Notes: generated by a model from the sequence alone, not told the origin. Shown: positions 19,910 to 31,807, counted from the first letter of the stretch. The stretch: DNA of 64,000 bases from an uncultured Acidobacteriota bacterium (GCA_963836075.1 CAWIIB010000001.1:1248001-1312000); one strand, 5' to 3'. Numbers and translations: made by a program.

Positions 19910-22783
19910 GTGGCCCAGGGGTTGATGGAAAAGATCGTCAACGTCAAGAAGCAGGAATGGCGCCTGCTTTCCTGGCTGCTGCTCTTCTTTTTCTTCGAAA
20001 GCATCGGCACCGAGATCATGGACATCCTGGCCGTCTCCACCTTCCTCAAGGAGGCGGGGATCAGGAACCTCCCCCTGGTCTACATCTTTGACGAAGTGCT
20101 GCTGGCCATCTTCCTCGTCCTCTACGGCACGGTGGTGGACCGCTTCGACCGCGCCCGGTTCGTCAACTACCTGCAGATCGGATTTGCCGCCGCGCTGGTG
20201 CTGCTCTTCTTCGCCATCAAGTCCGGAGCGTCCCCCACGGTGATCTCCGTGCTGATCTACGTCCTCAAGTCGCTGATCATCAGCGTGCTTGAGGAAGCCT
20301 TCTGGCTGATGAACGACGACCTCTACGACGTGCAGGAGGCCAAGCGACTCTACCCGATCATCAACCTCGGCGGTGTGGCCGGAGGGATGGTGGGCGGCGG
20401 GCTGGTGGCGGCCCTGCTCACCACCGTGGTGGACGACACCAACAACCTGATCCCCATCGCCCCGCTGATGCTGATCGCCGGCGTGGTGTTCATCCACCTG
20501 GCGCGGCGGCAGGCGCTGAAGGAGGGACGGGTGGAAGGGCTGGCTGGCGCGGAACCGCGAGCCGGCAGACCCGCGGTGGGCTCACCGCCCAAAAAGCGGA
20601 AGAAGAAAAAGAAAGTGCCGCTGAGCGAAGGGATCCGCTTTATCAGGGAAACGCCGCTGTTCAAGTACATCCTGATCATCTTCGTCCTGATGGGCGCAGT
20701 GGCACCGCTGGGCGACTGGATGTTTGCCGCTGTGGCCGACACGGTGTTTACCGACCGCAAGTCCTACGCCACCTTCCTCTCGATCTACAAGACCTCGCTG
20801 ACCCTGGTGATCTTCGTCGCTCAGCTCTTTCTCTCCAGCAAGATCCTCACCCGGCTGGGCCTGACCCGGGCCAACCTCTTCAGCCCGGTGAACAACGTGA
20901 TCAAGTTTGCGGTGCTCCTCTTCTGGTTCAAGCTGGGCCCGGTGATCTACGCCCAGGGCTCGAAGAAGCTGCTGGAGAAGGTGGTGACCAAGCCGTCCCA
21001 GCGGGTGCTCTTCGGCTTCGCGCCACGGGCGAACAAGGGCAGGATCAAGGTCTTTATCAAGACGATGAAGGGCAACGCGGCCATCGCCACCCTGGTGCTG
21101 CTCTTCGCCGTGCTGCACCTTTTGCCCCTTGACTTCGACCTGCCGCAGAACCGGCTGCTGGTGGCCAAGGGGGTGGCCGCAATCTGTGCCGTGCTCTCGT
21201 TGATCTGGTTGATCACCGCTCTGAAGCTGAAGTCCACCTTCACCACCAGCCTGATGGACATCCTGCAGAAGGAGGAGATCGACTTCGGGGCCCTGGAGCG
21301 GGAGGACTTCCGCAGCTTCCTCGACCAGAAGTCGGTGGACTTCCTACTGGCCAACCTGGAGAAGGGGGACGACAAGCGAGCCATTTTCATTGCCGGCCTG
21401 CTGGAGGAGATCGCCGACGAGCGGGTCCTCGACCCGGTGATCCGGACCTACCCCAACAAGTCGGTGCCGGTGCAGGTAGCACTGGTCCGCCTGGTGGGCC
21501 GGGTGGGCGGCGCCCGCGCCCATTCGGCGCTGCAGCAGCTCTGCCGCAGTTCAAAACCCGAAGTGCGCGCCGAAGCGGTCACCGCCCTGGGCGCGGAGCC
21601 GGAAACCGATGCCGCCACCGAAATCGTCCCGCTGCTCAACGACCCGGACGACCAGGTGCGCAGCGCCGCGGCACAGGTGGTGCTTCGCTCCCCGGACGTG
21701 GAGCTGCGCAAACAGGGCCTGGCCGTGCTCCAGGGGATGCTCCGCTCGGACAAACGGGAAGCCCGTTTGCAGGGTATCTTCCTCCTCGGCGAGCTGGGGG
21801 TGAAGAAGAACAAACGTCTGCTGGAAGGTACGATCACCGACCCCGACTCCGAGGTGCGCCTGGCCTCTTTGCAGGCACTGGCCAAACTGGTGGAACCGGG
21901 AGAGGACGTGCGGTTCCTGGGCGAGATGGAGCCGCTGCTCAGTGACGGCAGCAGCGAGATCCGGCTGGCCGCGGCAACCATCGTCCGCGCCGTGGGCAGC
22001 ATCCAGGCGGTGAGCCTCCTGGAGGGCTGTCTCGACCAGCGGGGTTACCAGATGCGGCGGCTGGCCGTGGAGGGCCTGGCGGAACTGGGCGACGAGGGCC
22101 GAATGGCCCTGGTGCGGGCGGTGGGCGACTCGGCGGTAGACCTGGAAACACGGGAGTACGCCCTGCAGCAGGTGCGCAAGAGCGGCTGGGGTGAGGAGGA
22201 GATGCGCACCCACTTCATCCCCCTGGCCGAGGAGGAACTGCAGGAGGTCTACCTGCGGGCGTTCCACCGGCGGGCGCTCCGCCGCCTGGGCGAGGGGGCG
22301 GAGTCGGTGCAGCTGCTGCTCAAGGCCCTCGCGGACCTGGACGACGAGGCCCGCGCACTCTGTATCTCGATCATCACCACCATGGCCAACCCGGAAAAGA
22401 TAAAGCTGATCCGCAAGGCGCTGGCCAGCGGTACCCGTCAGACCCGGGCCAACGTGCTGGAACTGCTGGAAAATGCCTCGGAGAGGAACCTGTTCAACCT
22501 GCTGGTTCCGTTGCTCGACCAGGCGCCGGCCGAACAGCTGCGGGAGCTGGCCCGCAAGCAGTTCCAGGTGGACGAACCCGAACCGGAAAGTTCTCTGAGG
22601 GAGATGATCGGGTCGCGCAATCTCACCGTGCGGCTGGCCGCCATCTATGCCGTGGGCGAGCTGGGCCTCAAGCATTTCTCCGGCGAACTGGAGCGGCTGC
22701 GGCAGGATCCCTTTGCCGCCCCGAACCTGAAACAGGAGGTGGAGCGGGCGCTTGCGGCCCTTGGCGGTAACATTGATTTTTAA
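19910..22783 (+). CDS. Npt/TLC-like (nucleotide transporter family) MFS domain fused to HEAT repeats
   Basis: About 12 TM helices with FW...DLYDVQEAKRLYP and RANKGRIKVFI motifs, then repeated D.D.EVR.AA..AL HEAT units; start could be ATG 19925. Confidence 0.82.
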   Translation: MAQGLMEKIVNVKKQEWRLLSWLLLFFFFESIGTEIMDILAVSTFLKEAGIRNLPLVYIFDEVLLAIFLVLYGTVVDRFDRARFVNYLQIGFAAALVLLFFAIKSGASPTVISVLIYVLKSLIISVLEEAFWLMNDDLYDVQEAKRLYPIINLGGVAGGMVGGGLVAALLTTVVDDTNNLIPIAPLMLIAGVVFIHLARRQALKEGRVEGLAGAEPRAGRPAVGSPPKKRKKKKKVPLSEGIRFIRETPLFKYILIIFVLMGAVAPLGDWMFAAVADTVFTDRKSYATFLSIYKTSLTLVIFVAQLFLSSKILTRLGLTRANLFSPVNNVIKFAVLLFWFKLGPVIYAQGSKKLLEKVVTKPSQRVLFGFAPRANKGRIKVFIKTMKGNAAIATLVLLFAVLHLLPLDFDLPQNRLLVAKGVAAICAVLSLIWLITALKLKSTFTTSLMDILQKEEIDFGALEREDFRSFLDQKSVDFLLANLEKGDDKRAIFIAGLLEEIADERVLDPVIRTYPNKSVPVQVALVRLVGRVGGARAHSALQQLCRSSKPEVRAEAVTALGAEPETDAATEIVPLLNDPDDQVRSAAAQVVLRSPDVELRKQGLAVLQGMLRSDKREARLQGIFLLGELGVKKNKRLLEGTITDPDSEVRLASLQALAKLVEPGEDVRFLGEMEPLLSDGSSEIRLAAATIVRAVGSIQAVSLLEGCLDQRGYQMRRLAVEGLAELGDEGRMALVRAVGDSAVDLETREYALQQVRKSGWGEEEMRTHFIPLAEEELQEVYLRAFHRRALRRLGEGAESVQLLLKALADLDDEARALCISIITTMANPEKIKLIRKALASGTRQTRANVLELLENASERNLFNLLVPLLDQAPAEQLRELARKQFQVDEPEPESSLREMIGSRNLTVRLAAIYAVGELGLKHFSGELERLRQDPFAAPNLKQEVERALAALGGNIDF

Positions 22784-22899
22784 GTCAACGGGTGCTACCA
22801 TTTGGCCATTGGTTAAAAAAGTTTTCCTGACTGCCGACCGTAAGGAGCAGCAGGATATCGGCCTCGTCCCGCGAACTCCCGCCAGGAGGGGAGCAGCCC

Positions 22900-24111
22900 A
22901 TGGTGAACATCAGATACTTCGACTTCCGTGACCTCTTTCTCGCGCCGCGCGCCGGCCTCTCCGGAAAAAAGATCTGGATCGCCACCAGCGGCCTGTTGCT
23001 GGCCCACCTGGGGTTTGCCGTCTTCACCTACCTGGCCCGCATCGCCACCGGGATGACCCTCGGCGGCATCTGGTCCACCCAGGGGCTCTGGCCGGTACCC
23101 GCCTTTGCCCAGTATTCCTGGCCCGGGTGGCTGCTGCAGTTGCTGGGCCTCGGCTTCGCCGGCATGGTGCTGCTGCTGGCGGCCACCGCGGTGAGCAGTC
23201 TGGCCTACCAGCAGTTCAGGGGCGACGACTTCTTCTCCACCGGCGACGCCTGGTCCTTTGCCCGCAGCCGCTGGATAGCCCTGATCCTGGCCCCGCTGGT
23301 CATCGCCGGCCTGATCGTCTTTCTGGTGGTCGCCGGCATGCTGCTGGGACTGATCGGCAAGATCCCGCTGATCGGCCCGCTGGTGGTGGCGGTTCACATG
23401 CCGCTGGTGGTCTTCTTCGCCATGATCGCCGCGTTCTCCGCCCTGGTCTTCTTCACCCACTTCTCCCTCGGCCCGGCCATCATCAGCACCACTTCGGGCG
23501 ATGCCATGGACGTGCTGGTCCAGCTCTTCTCCTGTGCCTGGTCCCAGCCCTGGCGCTTCCTGACCTACCAGTTTCTGCTCAAGCTGATCTCCGTCTTCGC
23601 GGTCCACGTGCTGGTCTTCTTTGTCATTGGCGGCTTCTGGATCAGCCGCTGGGTCATCGCCCCGGTGATGGGCAGCAGTTTCGCCCAGATGCTGCAGATC
23701 GGCTACGAGTTCGCCCGGTTCCGCTGCCCGGTGACTTCCACCGCCTGCGCCCTGGCCCGGGAAAACTGCGGCATCGATCTGGCATCCCGGCTCCCCGCTC
23801 TGCAACAGCGCTGCCTCGACTCCCTCTTCGCCGCCGACCTCACCGGCGCCGGGACAGCGGTCACCATCGCCGGGCACATCTTCGGGGTGGTCCTCTTCCT
23901 CACCATCATCGCCGTCACCGGCTACTTCTTCGCCACCTGGTTCTCCGGGCAGACCATCGTCTATCTCATCCTTCGCCGGCGTAAGGACGGTGAGGACCTG
24001 CTGGAGTTCAACGAAGAAGACGACTGGGAACCGGCCGGTTTCGGGGACGACGAGGACGAACAGGCGGCGGAGAACGAATCGGAGCCCGCCGGGGACGAGG
24101 CAGCGGACTGA
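22900..24111 (+). CDS. Hypothetical polytopic membrane protein with acidic C-terminal tail
   Basis: RBS AGGAGG; multiple TM segments; YLILRRRKDGEDLLE followed by a D/E-rich tail. Confidence 0.75.
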   Translation: MVNIRYFDFRDLFLAPRAGLSGKKIWIATSGLLLAHLGFAVFTYLARIATGMTLGGIWSTQGLWPVPAFAQYSWPGWLLQLLGLGFAGMVLLLAATAVSSLAYQQFRGDDFFSTGDAWSFARSRWIALILAPLVIAGLIVFLVVAGMLLGLIGKIPLIGPLVVAVHMPLVVFFAMIAAFSALVFFTHFSLGPAIISTTSGDAMDVLVQLFSCAWSQPWRFLTYQFLLKLISVFAVHVLVFFVIGGFWISRWVIAPVMGSSFAQMLQIGYEFARFRCPVTSTACALARENCGIDLASRLPALQQRCLDSLFAADLTGAGTAVTIAGHIFGVVLFLTIIAVTGYFFATWFSGQTIVYLILRRRKDGEDLLEFNEEDDWEPAGFGDDEDEQAAENESEPAGDEAAD

Positions 24112-24134
24112 ACGGACCGACTACAGGCCAAATC

Positions 24135-24707
24135 GTGCCAACAACACCGGTTTTCCTTCGTCAGGGTGAATCCCCCGGCATAAATTCCTTCTCAATCCTG
24201 GGCGATACGCTGGTTGGGCAAATGCTCCCGGCCTGGCGGCCGGAGTTCAAGGTTCGGGAGGCGGCCCAACAGAAGTTCTACTGGTTTGATCCGGGCGTGG
24301 CCCGGGCTGCTGCCGGCCTGATCCGTGACCCTGCAGACAGCCTCTGACAGGGCACTCTGCTGGAAACTCTGGTTTACCACGAACTGCGGGTCTACAACGA
24401 CGTCTGCCGAAAACAGCGCCCGCTGGCCTACAACCACACGCCGGCAGGCGTCGAAGTGGATTTCATTGTGCAGACCGCCTCGCGACAGGCAAGGAAGCTC
24501 CCCTAGGTGACGGCCATTGAGGTCAAGCGGGGTGAGCGCGGGAACCGGAAGTGAGAAAAACCGATGCGAAATCTCGCCAAACGCCGGGGGGGGGTGGAGC
24601 GGATGATCGGGGTGTACTGCGGAAAGCGCAGATACCGCTTCGACGAGGTTGAGGTCTGGCCCGTCGAAGATTTCGCAAAAGCGCTGTTCAACGGTGAGGT
24701 TTCCTGA
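24135..24707 (+). pseudogene. Remnant of an AAA_14/DUF4143 ATPase-nuclease gene (C-terminal part only)
   Basis: One frame reads KFYWFDPGVARA...LLETLVYHELR...EVDFIV...AIEVK...VWPVEDF with three in-frame stops (TGA at 24345, TAG near 24504, TGA near 24552); N-terminal ATPase absent. Confidence 0.82.
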
Positions 24708-25040
24708 ACTCCATGGCGCATCACACTCAAAAAGAAACACTTCATTGACCGGCAGCACTTACCCTCATGCTCTTTCCCCTCCGTCATTCTTTTTGAACGT
24801 TGACATTTGAATATTCCCGCCATAAATTGAAAATATCCTTTCGGTTTCACTCAACAAGAATTGAATCCTCCGGAACAGGCTTCAGATTATGTGGATACAT
24901 TCATCTTGAAGCCAACTTGTGCTGTCAACGAGTTCAAAAAATGTTGTCAAACTTATTGGCATCAACCACATTCTAGGGCATTAACGTGTGGACCACATAT
25001 TCATTTAACAAGGGAGGAACACAGTTCATTGAAGTAGAAA

Positions 25041-25070
25041 CTGCCTGCCTGCCTGCCTGCCTGCCTGCCT
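25041..25070 (+). repeat. Tetranucleotide microsatellite (CTGC) x7.5
   Basis: ctgcctgcctgcctgcctgcctgcctgcct. Confidence 0.95.
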
Positions 25071-25194
25071 AAGAATCGCCCCCGTCAGAACTCGAGTTCG
25101 CTGTCAGCATCAAGATCACTTCATACACAGCATTTCCTTCAAAATATATTTACCCACAACTTGTCGCTTTCGGACACATTTGATGAGGTGAACC

Positions 25195-28100
25195 ATGCAA
25201 TCCCGAACCACGGCCTCAGCCACATTCGTCTTGATCATCTCTGTTTTTCTGCTCACCGGATTGAGCAGCAATTTAGTGAAGGCCGGCAGCTACTCTACAA
25301 CCGGAGAAGGAGACAACCTTTCACTCACGGCTAATGAAACCACCGGCAGGGTGACCGGTCTCGAAATAGATGGTCTATCCGTCACCTTTTGCTCCGGCAG
25401 TAACACCGGCGGATTTTACCTCAGGGACAACACAACCGGCGCCAATGGCCTCCCTGCTGGCGTCATCAACGAGCTGGGCTGCGGTGGGTTCGGAAGCGAT
25501 ATACGGAGTGCCAGGCTTGTCTCGTCGATCCCTGGAAGCATGAATCTTTCGGAGGAGGCGCCACGATAGAATGCGACAGCGGCAACCCTGTGGCCAGTAT
25601 TCAGGTCAATCAAGGGCAGAGAAGCATCGGCGTACTCTATCAGGATATCACTGCCCTGCTCAGCGGTGATACGAATGAACATGAGCTTTACTATTTCACC
25701 TTCGAGATGGCCACCGAGTGCGGTTGGCGGTCGAGCGAACACCCAGTGGATCGGGATTTCGATACGCACTTCACTCATCGGGTGGTGGCCTATGTCGAAT
25801 GGTATGATGATACGACAATAGCGCCCACCACCGATCTCTGGGAAAAGAGCGACACCGCCATCACAATCACCTCCCTTGAAGCCTTTAACACCTCCGTCGA
25901 GCTGACGCCCTTCTGCCTGCGCACCTACCGGCCGCTGGAGGCCAGCCAGGCGAGGATTAAGCTGGTCGTGGAAGGGTTCATGCCCAACGATAATATAATC
26001 TATACAGATCCGAATTTCGTCCAGTTTGACAACGTGGCTTTCTTTAAGGCCCCGGAAATAGAACAGCTGGTTGGCGAATGGCACGAAACTGAGCCGAAAT
26101 CCCTGACCTACTTATCGGGCGGCGCAACCAACCTCTCCATGACACTCACCGTTAATGCTCATGAGACCTATATTTTGTTTGAAGGGGAATTGACCAATGA
26201 TGACCCGGACAAGCTGCGGGCTCTCGATTTCGGCTTTGCCCTGCCCATTTACGCCGGCACCGTCCAGCAGGTGGAATGGTTTGACGACAACCATGTTTCC
26301 ATGAGTGTGACGGAAAATTCCCTGGAACAAACAATTCCGTACCGCATGGTGGGCCCGGCCGACATGCGCCTGACGGCCTCCACCGATTTTGTTTTTCCGG
26401 ATGGCAAAAAACAACACGTGGAAAAGAATTACCGCGGCCGTGGCCTCAACATCTCAGCTTATCCCTTCAGCGCGATCACCATCACCAAGAACAACATCAC
26501 ACGGGGCCTCTCCTTCGGGGAGTACCTGCCGGTCACCTATCCACCAATATCTCATATCGGTTACCGTGTAGAAAATCCAGGCCCCTACTATTTCGCATAC
26601 AAAGGCCGCTACTATGTTGAATTCAGCATCGGCCTGCTCGACAGCAACACCTCGCCCGGCATGAACACCGGGCGCTTCAGCTTTATCCTTTTTCGCAGTG
26701 ATATCGAGCAATGGACCGAGACCCAGGCGTTCCGCGAGGCGGCACAGAAATATCAACAGGCAATCTTTCCCGGCTTCTTCACCAGGCCCACTCATTGCGA
26801 GACTGACGACTGGCTATTTGGCGGAGGAAGTTTCTCGGGGGAAACGGACGCAACTGCGGGCTTCAATTTCAGACCCAACGATTTCGGGTTCCGCTATACC
26901 AGGAAAAAGAATCTCGACACTGAACCCGGCGATACGCAATTAACCGCCTTGATCGACTACTGGGATGACCCGTATCACCTCGAGGCAAAAAATATTGACA
27001 TCCTGGTCAATGATCACCCCTGGGTAGCTGGCTTCGTCAACGAGCGAAGCGGATCGCCTGATATGGATTCAGTGAATGTCTACTCGGTGCAAACGGAAGA
27101 TCGCATACCCGATCACGTCCCGGTTGGCCAACTCTGGCGAAACCTCTACCTGGCACAACAAGAGAACAAACTTCTGCTGCCAGGGCTGACCGATCCGTTC
27201 ATTCTGCTCACCAGGGACTTGACCAAGGACGATAATGACCCAACGAGTGCGGAATATTTCTTCCCGGTGCTCCTTGCCGACCCTCCGATTGGACAGAACA
27301 ACCTGCTCAGTCAACAACTCGGAAATTTAACCGACGCATACACAAGCGTGAGCATTCAATCAGAAAAAGGACTGGGTGGGGTCTTCCTGGACAACATGTT
27401 CGTCGCGGAGAACAAGGGACCATATCTCGATGTTCTCGCCGATTCGTCCCCCCCTATTTCCCGAAGTCGTCAGGAGGCCTTCGTTTCGGCTGAAGGCACT
27501 TTGACCTACAGTCTCAGTCACTTCAAGCCGGCCATCTCGCAACTGCCCTTGAATGCAGCCATGGTGAAAGCAGCGAAAAATCTTCTCGACGAAATAGACG
27601 AAGATAGCGGCGGACAGTATGAGCATGGCGAGGGTATCGGGGCCCCCGGAGACACCAAGGAAGAAATCCTTACCGGCAACATCAATGCACCATACTTCGG
27701 TGGCTCGAAGTACGGTTTGATCCATGCCGATATGGGAGGGTTTGAGGGCAATCCGGTCCTTTCTTTCAACAACGGCTCCCAGGCCTTTGATTTCCGGCGA
27801 ACCCTGGCCCGGGCTGGCAACATGCCGCACAAGCTTCTCAAATTCCCCTGCATCCACGGGATGCGCACCACATTCGATACCTGTCAGAATTGGAAAGATC
27901 TGTGGGGTGATTCCGATGATTCCTGGGAGAAGATGTACGAACAGATCGTCAACGAAGCCATCTGGATCGACCTTGCCTGGGGGTTTCACCCTGGCATCAC
28001 GGTGCTGCTGCCTGTTGATGAATCCGTGCCCGGCGATCTCGATGAATTCGTGGAGGAACATATCAGAGGGAAATATACGGGAAGCGGCGGCGATTTGGGC

Positions 28101-29291
28101 TATACCGCCATCTATAAAGAACTCCACCTTGCAGGCTGGCATCCAATCAATAATGCAGTGACCCACGTTGATGGGGTTCCACTGCCCCTCTTTGTTGAGC
28201 GTTTTGGCGATACTATCGGCTGGGGGGATGAAAACGCGAAATACTTTACCGTTCTCAACAACGACACCCTTTCTTACACCCTTGTCCAAATGACAGAGGA
28301 TGAAATCGCAGGGACGCCATCACCGGAGATCTATTTCGAAGACATTCCGGATATTCAGACACTTGATGATACGATTAAATGTAGTCTTGTGCAGAACTGT
28401 GAAGGGTACCCTTCAAGGGAAGATGCCGACGATCACTTTATATTGAAAAGGAAAACCTTCCACCTTGAGATTCACGACCCCGTTCAATTCGGCCTTCATA
28501 ACGGAAACCTATATGCCAAACAGTTGGTCAGCAACGCGGATGACGCGGAAGTCTGCAACTGGCCGCTCATCCAACCGGCAGAGTTCGATGACGGCACCCT
28601 CATGGGCAGATATTCGATCGTGAGAAAAAATTCTAGTATCATAATCGGTGGCGCTAGACTTGGGACCACTCAAACCAAGATCACATTGGAGGACAAGGCC
28701 CTCCTGGTCTTTAAAATCTGGCCCAGCCTCACGGTAAACAACGGTACATCAGGGGAATGCCGGGATGGGTCCGGTGAGGGCTCGTGGACCGAGTCATCGA
28801 GGCTCTGGTCATATTTCGAGATGTACGGGGACGGCTGGCAGCGCTTGGACTCCGATGCCGGGTATGGCGGAAACCTGGACCTGGTTCAGTCGAGCAGCCC
28901 AGGCGCCTGTGTGAACTACAAATTCACCATCGGCGAAAGCGGCAGATATAGCATCCGGGTCCACCTCCCGGTTTCACCCCAGACTCCGGCGCCGGCACGA
29001 TACAAAGCCTACGTCCTCGATTATCTGGAAGGACCGGTGGGGCCCGCGCCGCCCGGTGATCCGGTCTGGAGCCACCTCCTTGACCCGGGCGATTCAGATA
29101 CTTATAACCAGGAGTGGGACGAGGAAGGGTTCGTCGAGATCGGCGCCATCGACGTCACCCTGACCGAACCGGCTCTGGTCACCGTGGTGATCAGACTGAG
29201 CGGCAGCGGAAGCGGCACCGACCGAACCGCCGCCGGCTCGGGCTACCTCCTGGCCGACGCGGTTAAACTCGTCCCGGAGGATGAAGAATGA
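25195..29291 (+). CDS. Very large secreted protein (possible carbohydrate-active enzyme, C-terminal golvesin/CBM-like domain), apparently frameshifted near 25500
   Basis: ORF 25195..25569 has a signal peptide; the frame of ORF 25590..29291 is open back to about 25480 and lacks its own signal or RBS; C-terminus YLLADAVKLV is golvesin-like. Confidence 0.6.
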
Positions 29292-31807
29292 TAGGACCAA
29301 TCTCGGCAGGGCGAGCCGTTCTCTCCCTGCTCCTCTTTGCCTGCCTATTCTCTACGAGGGCAGACAGCCAGGTCATCTACGATCTGGCCGAAATGACAAG
29401 TGACGTGCAGATCATCGGCCAGACTTACGAGGATTTTCTATCAAAAATAGCGATCTTTGATTTTAACGACAATGGCCAGAATGATCTCTTTTTCGGTAGC
29501 AATGATATTGGATCACGAGGTCACGTCTACGGGATTTTTGACCAACCCCTGCACCATGGCCTGGTCATCGATCTGCTTAAGGTCGAGATACACCTCGAAA
29601 TTTATGATGAGTATCCCAATGATGTCGGATACGACGTCATCCGCTGCGACATCAATGCCGATGACATCGGCGACCTCGTGGTGAGTGACAGCAATGAAGG
29701 AGAGGTCCACCTTTTCATCGGCTCAGACCAATGGGTGCCGGGAACCGAGATCAACCTGGCCAATGAGAGCGCCGATATCACGTTTATCAATTCCTACGGG
29801 CTGGGTTGCGACATGACATCGGCTGACCTCAACAACGACGGCCTTGAAGATCTGGTGATCGGCGCTGAATATGCCGCCAACCCCGTTGGCTGGTCCACCG
29901 GCGCCGTCTATGTCTTCTTCGCCGGGCCGCAGTATGCTGCCTCCCCGATGACCATTGACCTGGCGGTGGATCAGGCAGACCTCACCATTTACGGCTATTC
30001 CTGGCAAGACCAGTTCGGCCATAGCCTGACCACGGGTGACGTCAACAATGACGGGATCCGTGACTTGATTGTAGGCGCCTGGAGGGCCGTCTCCGCCTCC
30101 GACAAACTGGGCCGGACCTATGTCTTTTTCGGGTCCGGGGACTGGCCGGACCATCATGTCATTGACCTCTCATCTCAAAGCGCCGATGCAACTGTAATTG
30201 GACCGCAGTGGGCCTCAGGGTTGGGCTTTTCCGTGGCATCGGGGGATATTGACGGTGACGGCATCGATGACATCATCTCCGCGGCCCATCATTACGAAGG
30301 AACCGACAACGCCATGGGTGCCGGTTATATGATAAAGGGCAGGTCATCATTCATGCCGGGGGCCACCTTCAACCTGGAGAGTGAACCGGCCGACCTTACC
30401 TGTATCGGCGAGGCTCGCGACAGTGAGTTGGGCATCAGCATGGGCGCAGGGGATCTGGACGGTGACGGCCTGGACGAGTGGGTCATATGCGCCTCAAATT
30501 TCACCAGCGGCCTGCAAAGCAACGGCAAGGGGTTCGTCATCGCCGGGTCGCCGCTAATCCCTCCTCAACACACCATCGATTTTTCGGTCCACCAGCCTAC
30601 GATAAAGGTCCTGCGGCATGCCGATGACGAAGACTTGACCGTGTCCAATAGCGAACTGAGTGATGTGAACGGCGACGGGACCGACGATCTGATCCTTGCC
30701 TCCCGGCGAGCCGACATGCCGGGCCGTGACCACTGCGGCAAGATCTACATCTTTTTCGGTCATGCACCGCTGGACGCCCCGCCCCGCGTGCTTGCCGGGC
30801 CGGGGCCGCACGCGGCCAACCGCGCTGAAGTGCGGTTATTCAACCCCTTCGATCACGAGCAGTGGCTGCTTCGCCTCGCCCCCTACCTGGTGCAGGGATA
30901 CGGCGCCCGGGTTGCTGCCGCGGACCTCGATGGAGACGGTTACGACGAGATCGTGGCCGGACCTGGCCCCGGGCCTCACCACCCGCCCCTGGTGACCATT
31001 TTTAGCGGGGCGGGGAGCCTCCAAGATGTTTTCCAGGCATATGGGACACCCAACTATGGGGTGAACCTTGCTGCTGGTGACCTGGACGGCGATGGGAAGG
31101 ACGAAGTCGTCACCGGAGCCGGGCCCGGTTCGGTCTACGGGCCCCACGTGCGGGCCTGGCACTCTGATAGCGGCTCGATGGCTCCCCTGCCTGGGGCCAG
31201 TTTCATGGCTTACGGCACTCTGCGCTGGGGCGTCAACGTGGCCTGTGGCGACCTGAACGGCGACGGCAGGGACGAGATCGTTACCGGCGCCGGGCCGGGT
31301 GAGATCTTCGGGCCGCATGTGCGGGCCTGGCGTTATAGCAGCGGGACCGTCAGCCCAATCCAGAGTATCAGCTTCATGGCCTACGGTACGGATCAGTATG
31401 GGGTCAAGGTGGCCTGCGGCGATATCGACGGCGACGGGATCGATGAGATCGTCACCGGGCCAGGCCCCGGAGTGCGGTTCGGTTCTCACGTTCGCGGCTG
31501 GAACTATGACGGACAATCACTGGAGCCGATAGGCGCGATCAGCTTCCTCGCCTTTCCCGGTCCGCAGGGCACGGGGGGCGTGGTGGTGGCCTGCGGTGAT
31601 ATCGATAATGACGGCAACGACGAAATTCTCACCACGCCGGGACCGTTCGGTGGAAGTCCACCAAAACTGAGCACTTGGAACTATGATGGTGATGTGTTGA
31701 CCTATTTCGCAAGCAAGAGCTTTCTGCTCTTCGAGGCCGATCACTATTTTTCTGGAGCGTATTCGGCCATCGGCAATTTTTTAGAACCGGCCGATTACCT
31801 GCCATGA
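29288..31807 (+). CDS. Secreted FG-GAP repeat protein with two propeller regions (C-terminal GPGPG..GPHVR repeats)
   Basis: Signal peptide; DxNxDGxxDLxxGA repeats; C-terminal GDLDGDG.DEIVTGAGPG..YGPHVRAW...SFMAYGT..YGVNVA repeats; ATGA overlap with the upstream gene. Confidence 0.88.
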   Translation: MIGPISAGRAVLSLLLFACLFSTRADSQVIYDLAEMTSDVQIIGQTYEDFLSKIAIFDFNDNGQNDLFFGSNDIGSRGHVYGIFDQPLHHGLVIDLLKVEIHLEIYDEYPNDVGYDVIRCDINADDIGDLVVSDSNEGEVHLFIGSDQWVPGTEINLANESADITFINSYGLGCDMTSADLNNDGLEDLVIGAEYAANPVGWSTGAVYVFFAGPQYAASPMTIDLAVDQADLTIYGYSWQDQFGHSLTTGDVNNDGIRDLIVGAWRAVSASDKLGRTYVFFGSGDWPDHHVIDLSSQSADATVIGPQWASGLGFSVASGDIDGDGIDDIISAAHHYEGTDNAMGAGYMIKGRSSFMPGATFNLESEPADLTCIGEARDSELGISMGAGDLDGDGLDEWVICASNFTSGLQSNGKGFVIAGSPLIPPQHTIDFSVHQPTIKVLRHADDEDLTVSNSELSDVNGDGTDDLILASRRADMPGRDHCGKIYIFFGHAPLDAPPRVLAGPGPHAANRAEVRLFNPFDHEQWLLRLAPYLVQGYGARVAAADLDGDGYDEIVAGPGPGPHHPPLVTIFSGAGSLQDVFQAYGTPNYGVNLAAGDLDGDGKDEVVTGAGPGSVYGPHVRAWHSDSGSMAPLPGASFMAYGTLRWGVNVACGDLNGDGRDEIVTGAGPGEIFGPHVRAWRYSSGTVSPIQSISFMAYGTDQYGVKVACGDIDGDGIDEIVTGPGPGVRFGSHVRGWNYDGQSLEPIGAISFLAFPGPQGTGGVVVACGDIDNDGNDEILTTPGPFGGSPPKLSTWNYDGDVLTYFASKSFLLFEADHYFSGAYSAIGNFLEPADYLP

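Noticed and set aside
24135-24707. Stop-codon readthrough or recoding in the DUF4143 frame
   Set aside because: Mixed TGA and TAG stops plus a missing N-terminal half indicate ordinary decay; other genes in the window use TGA and TAG as normal stops.
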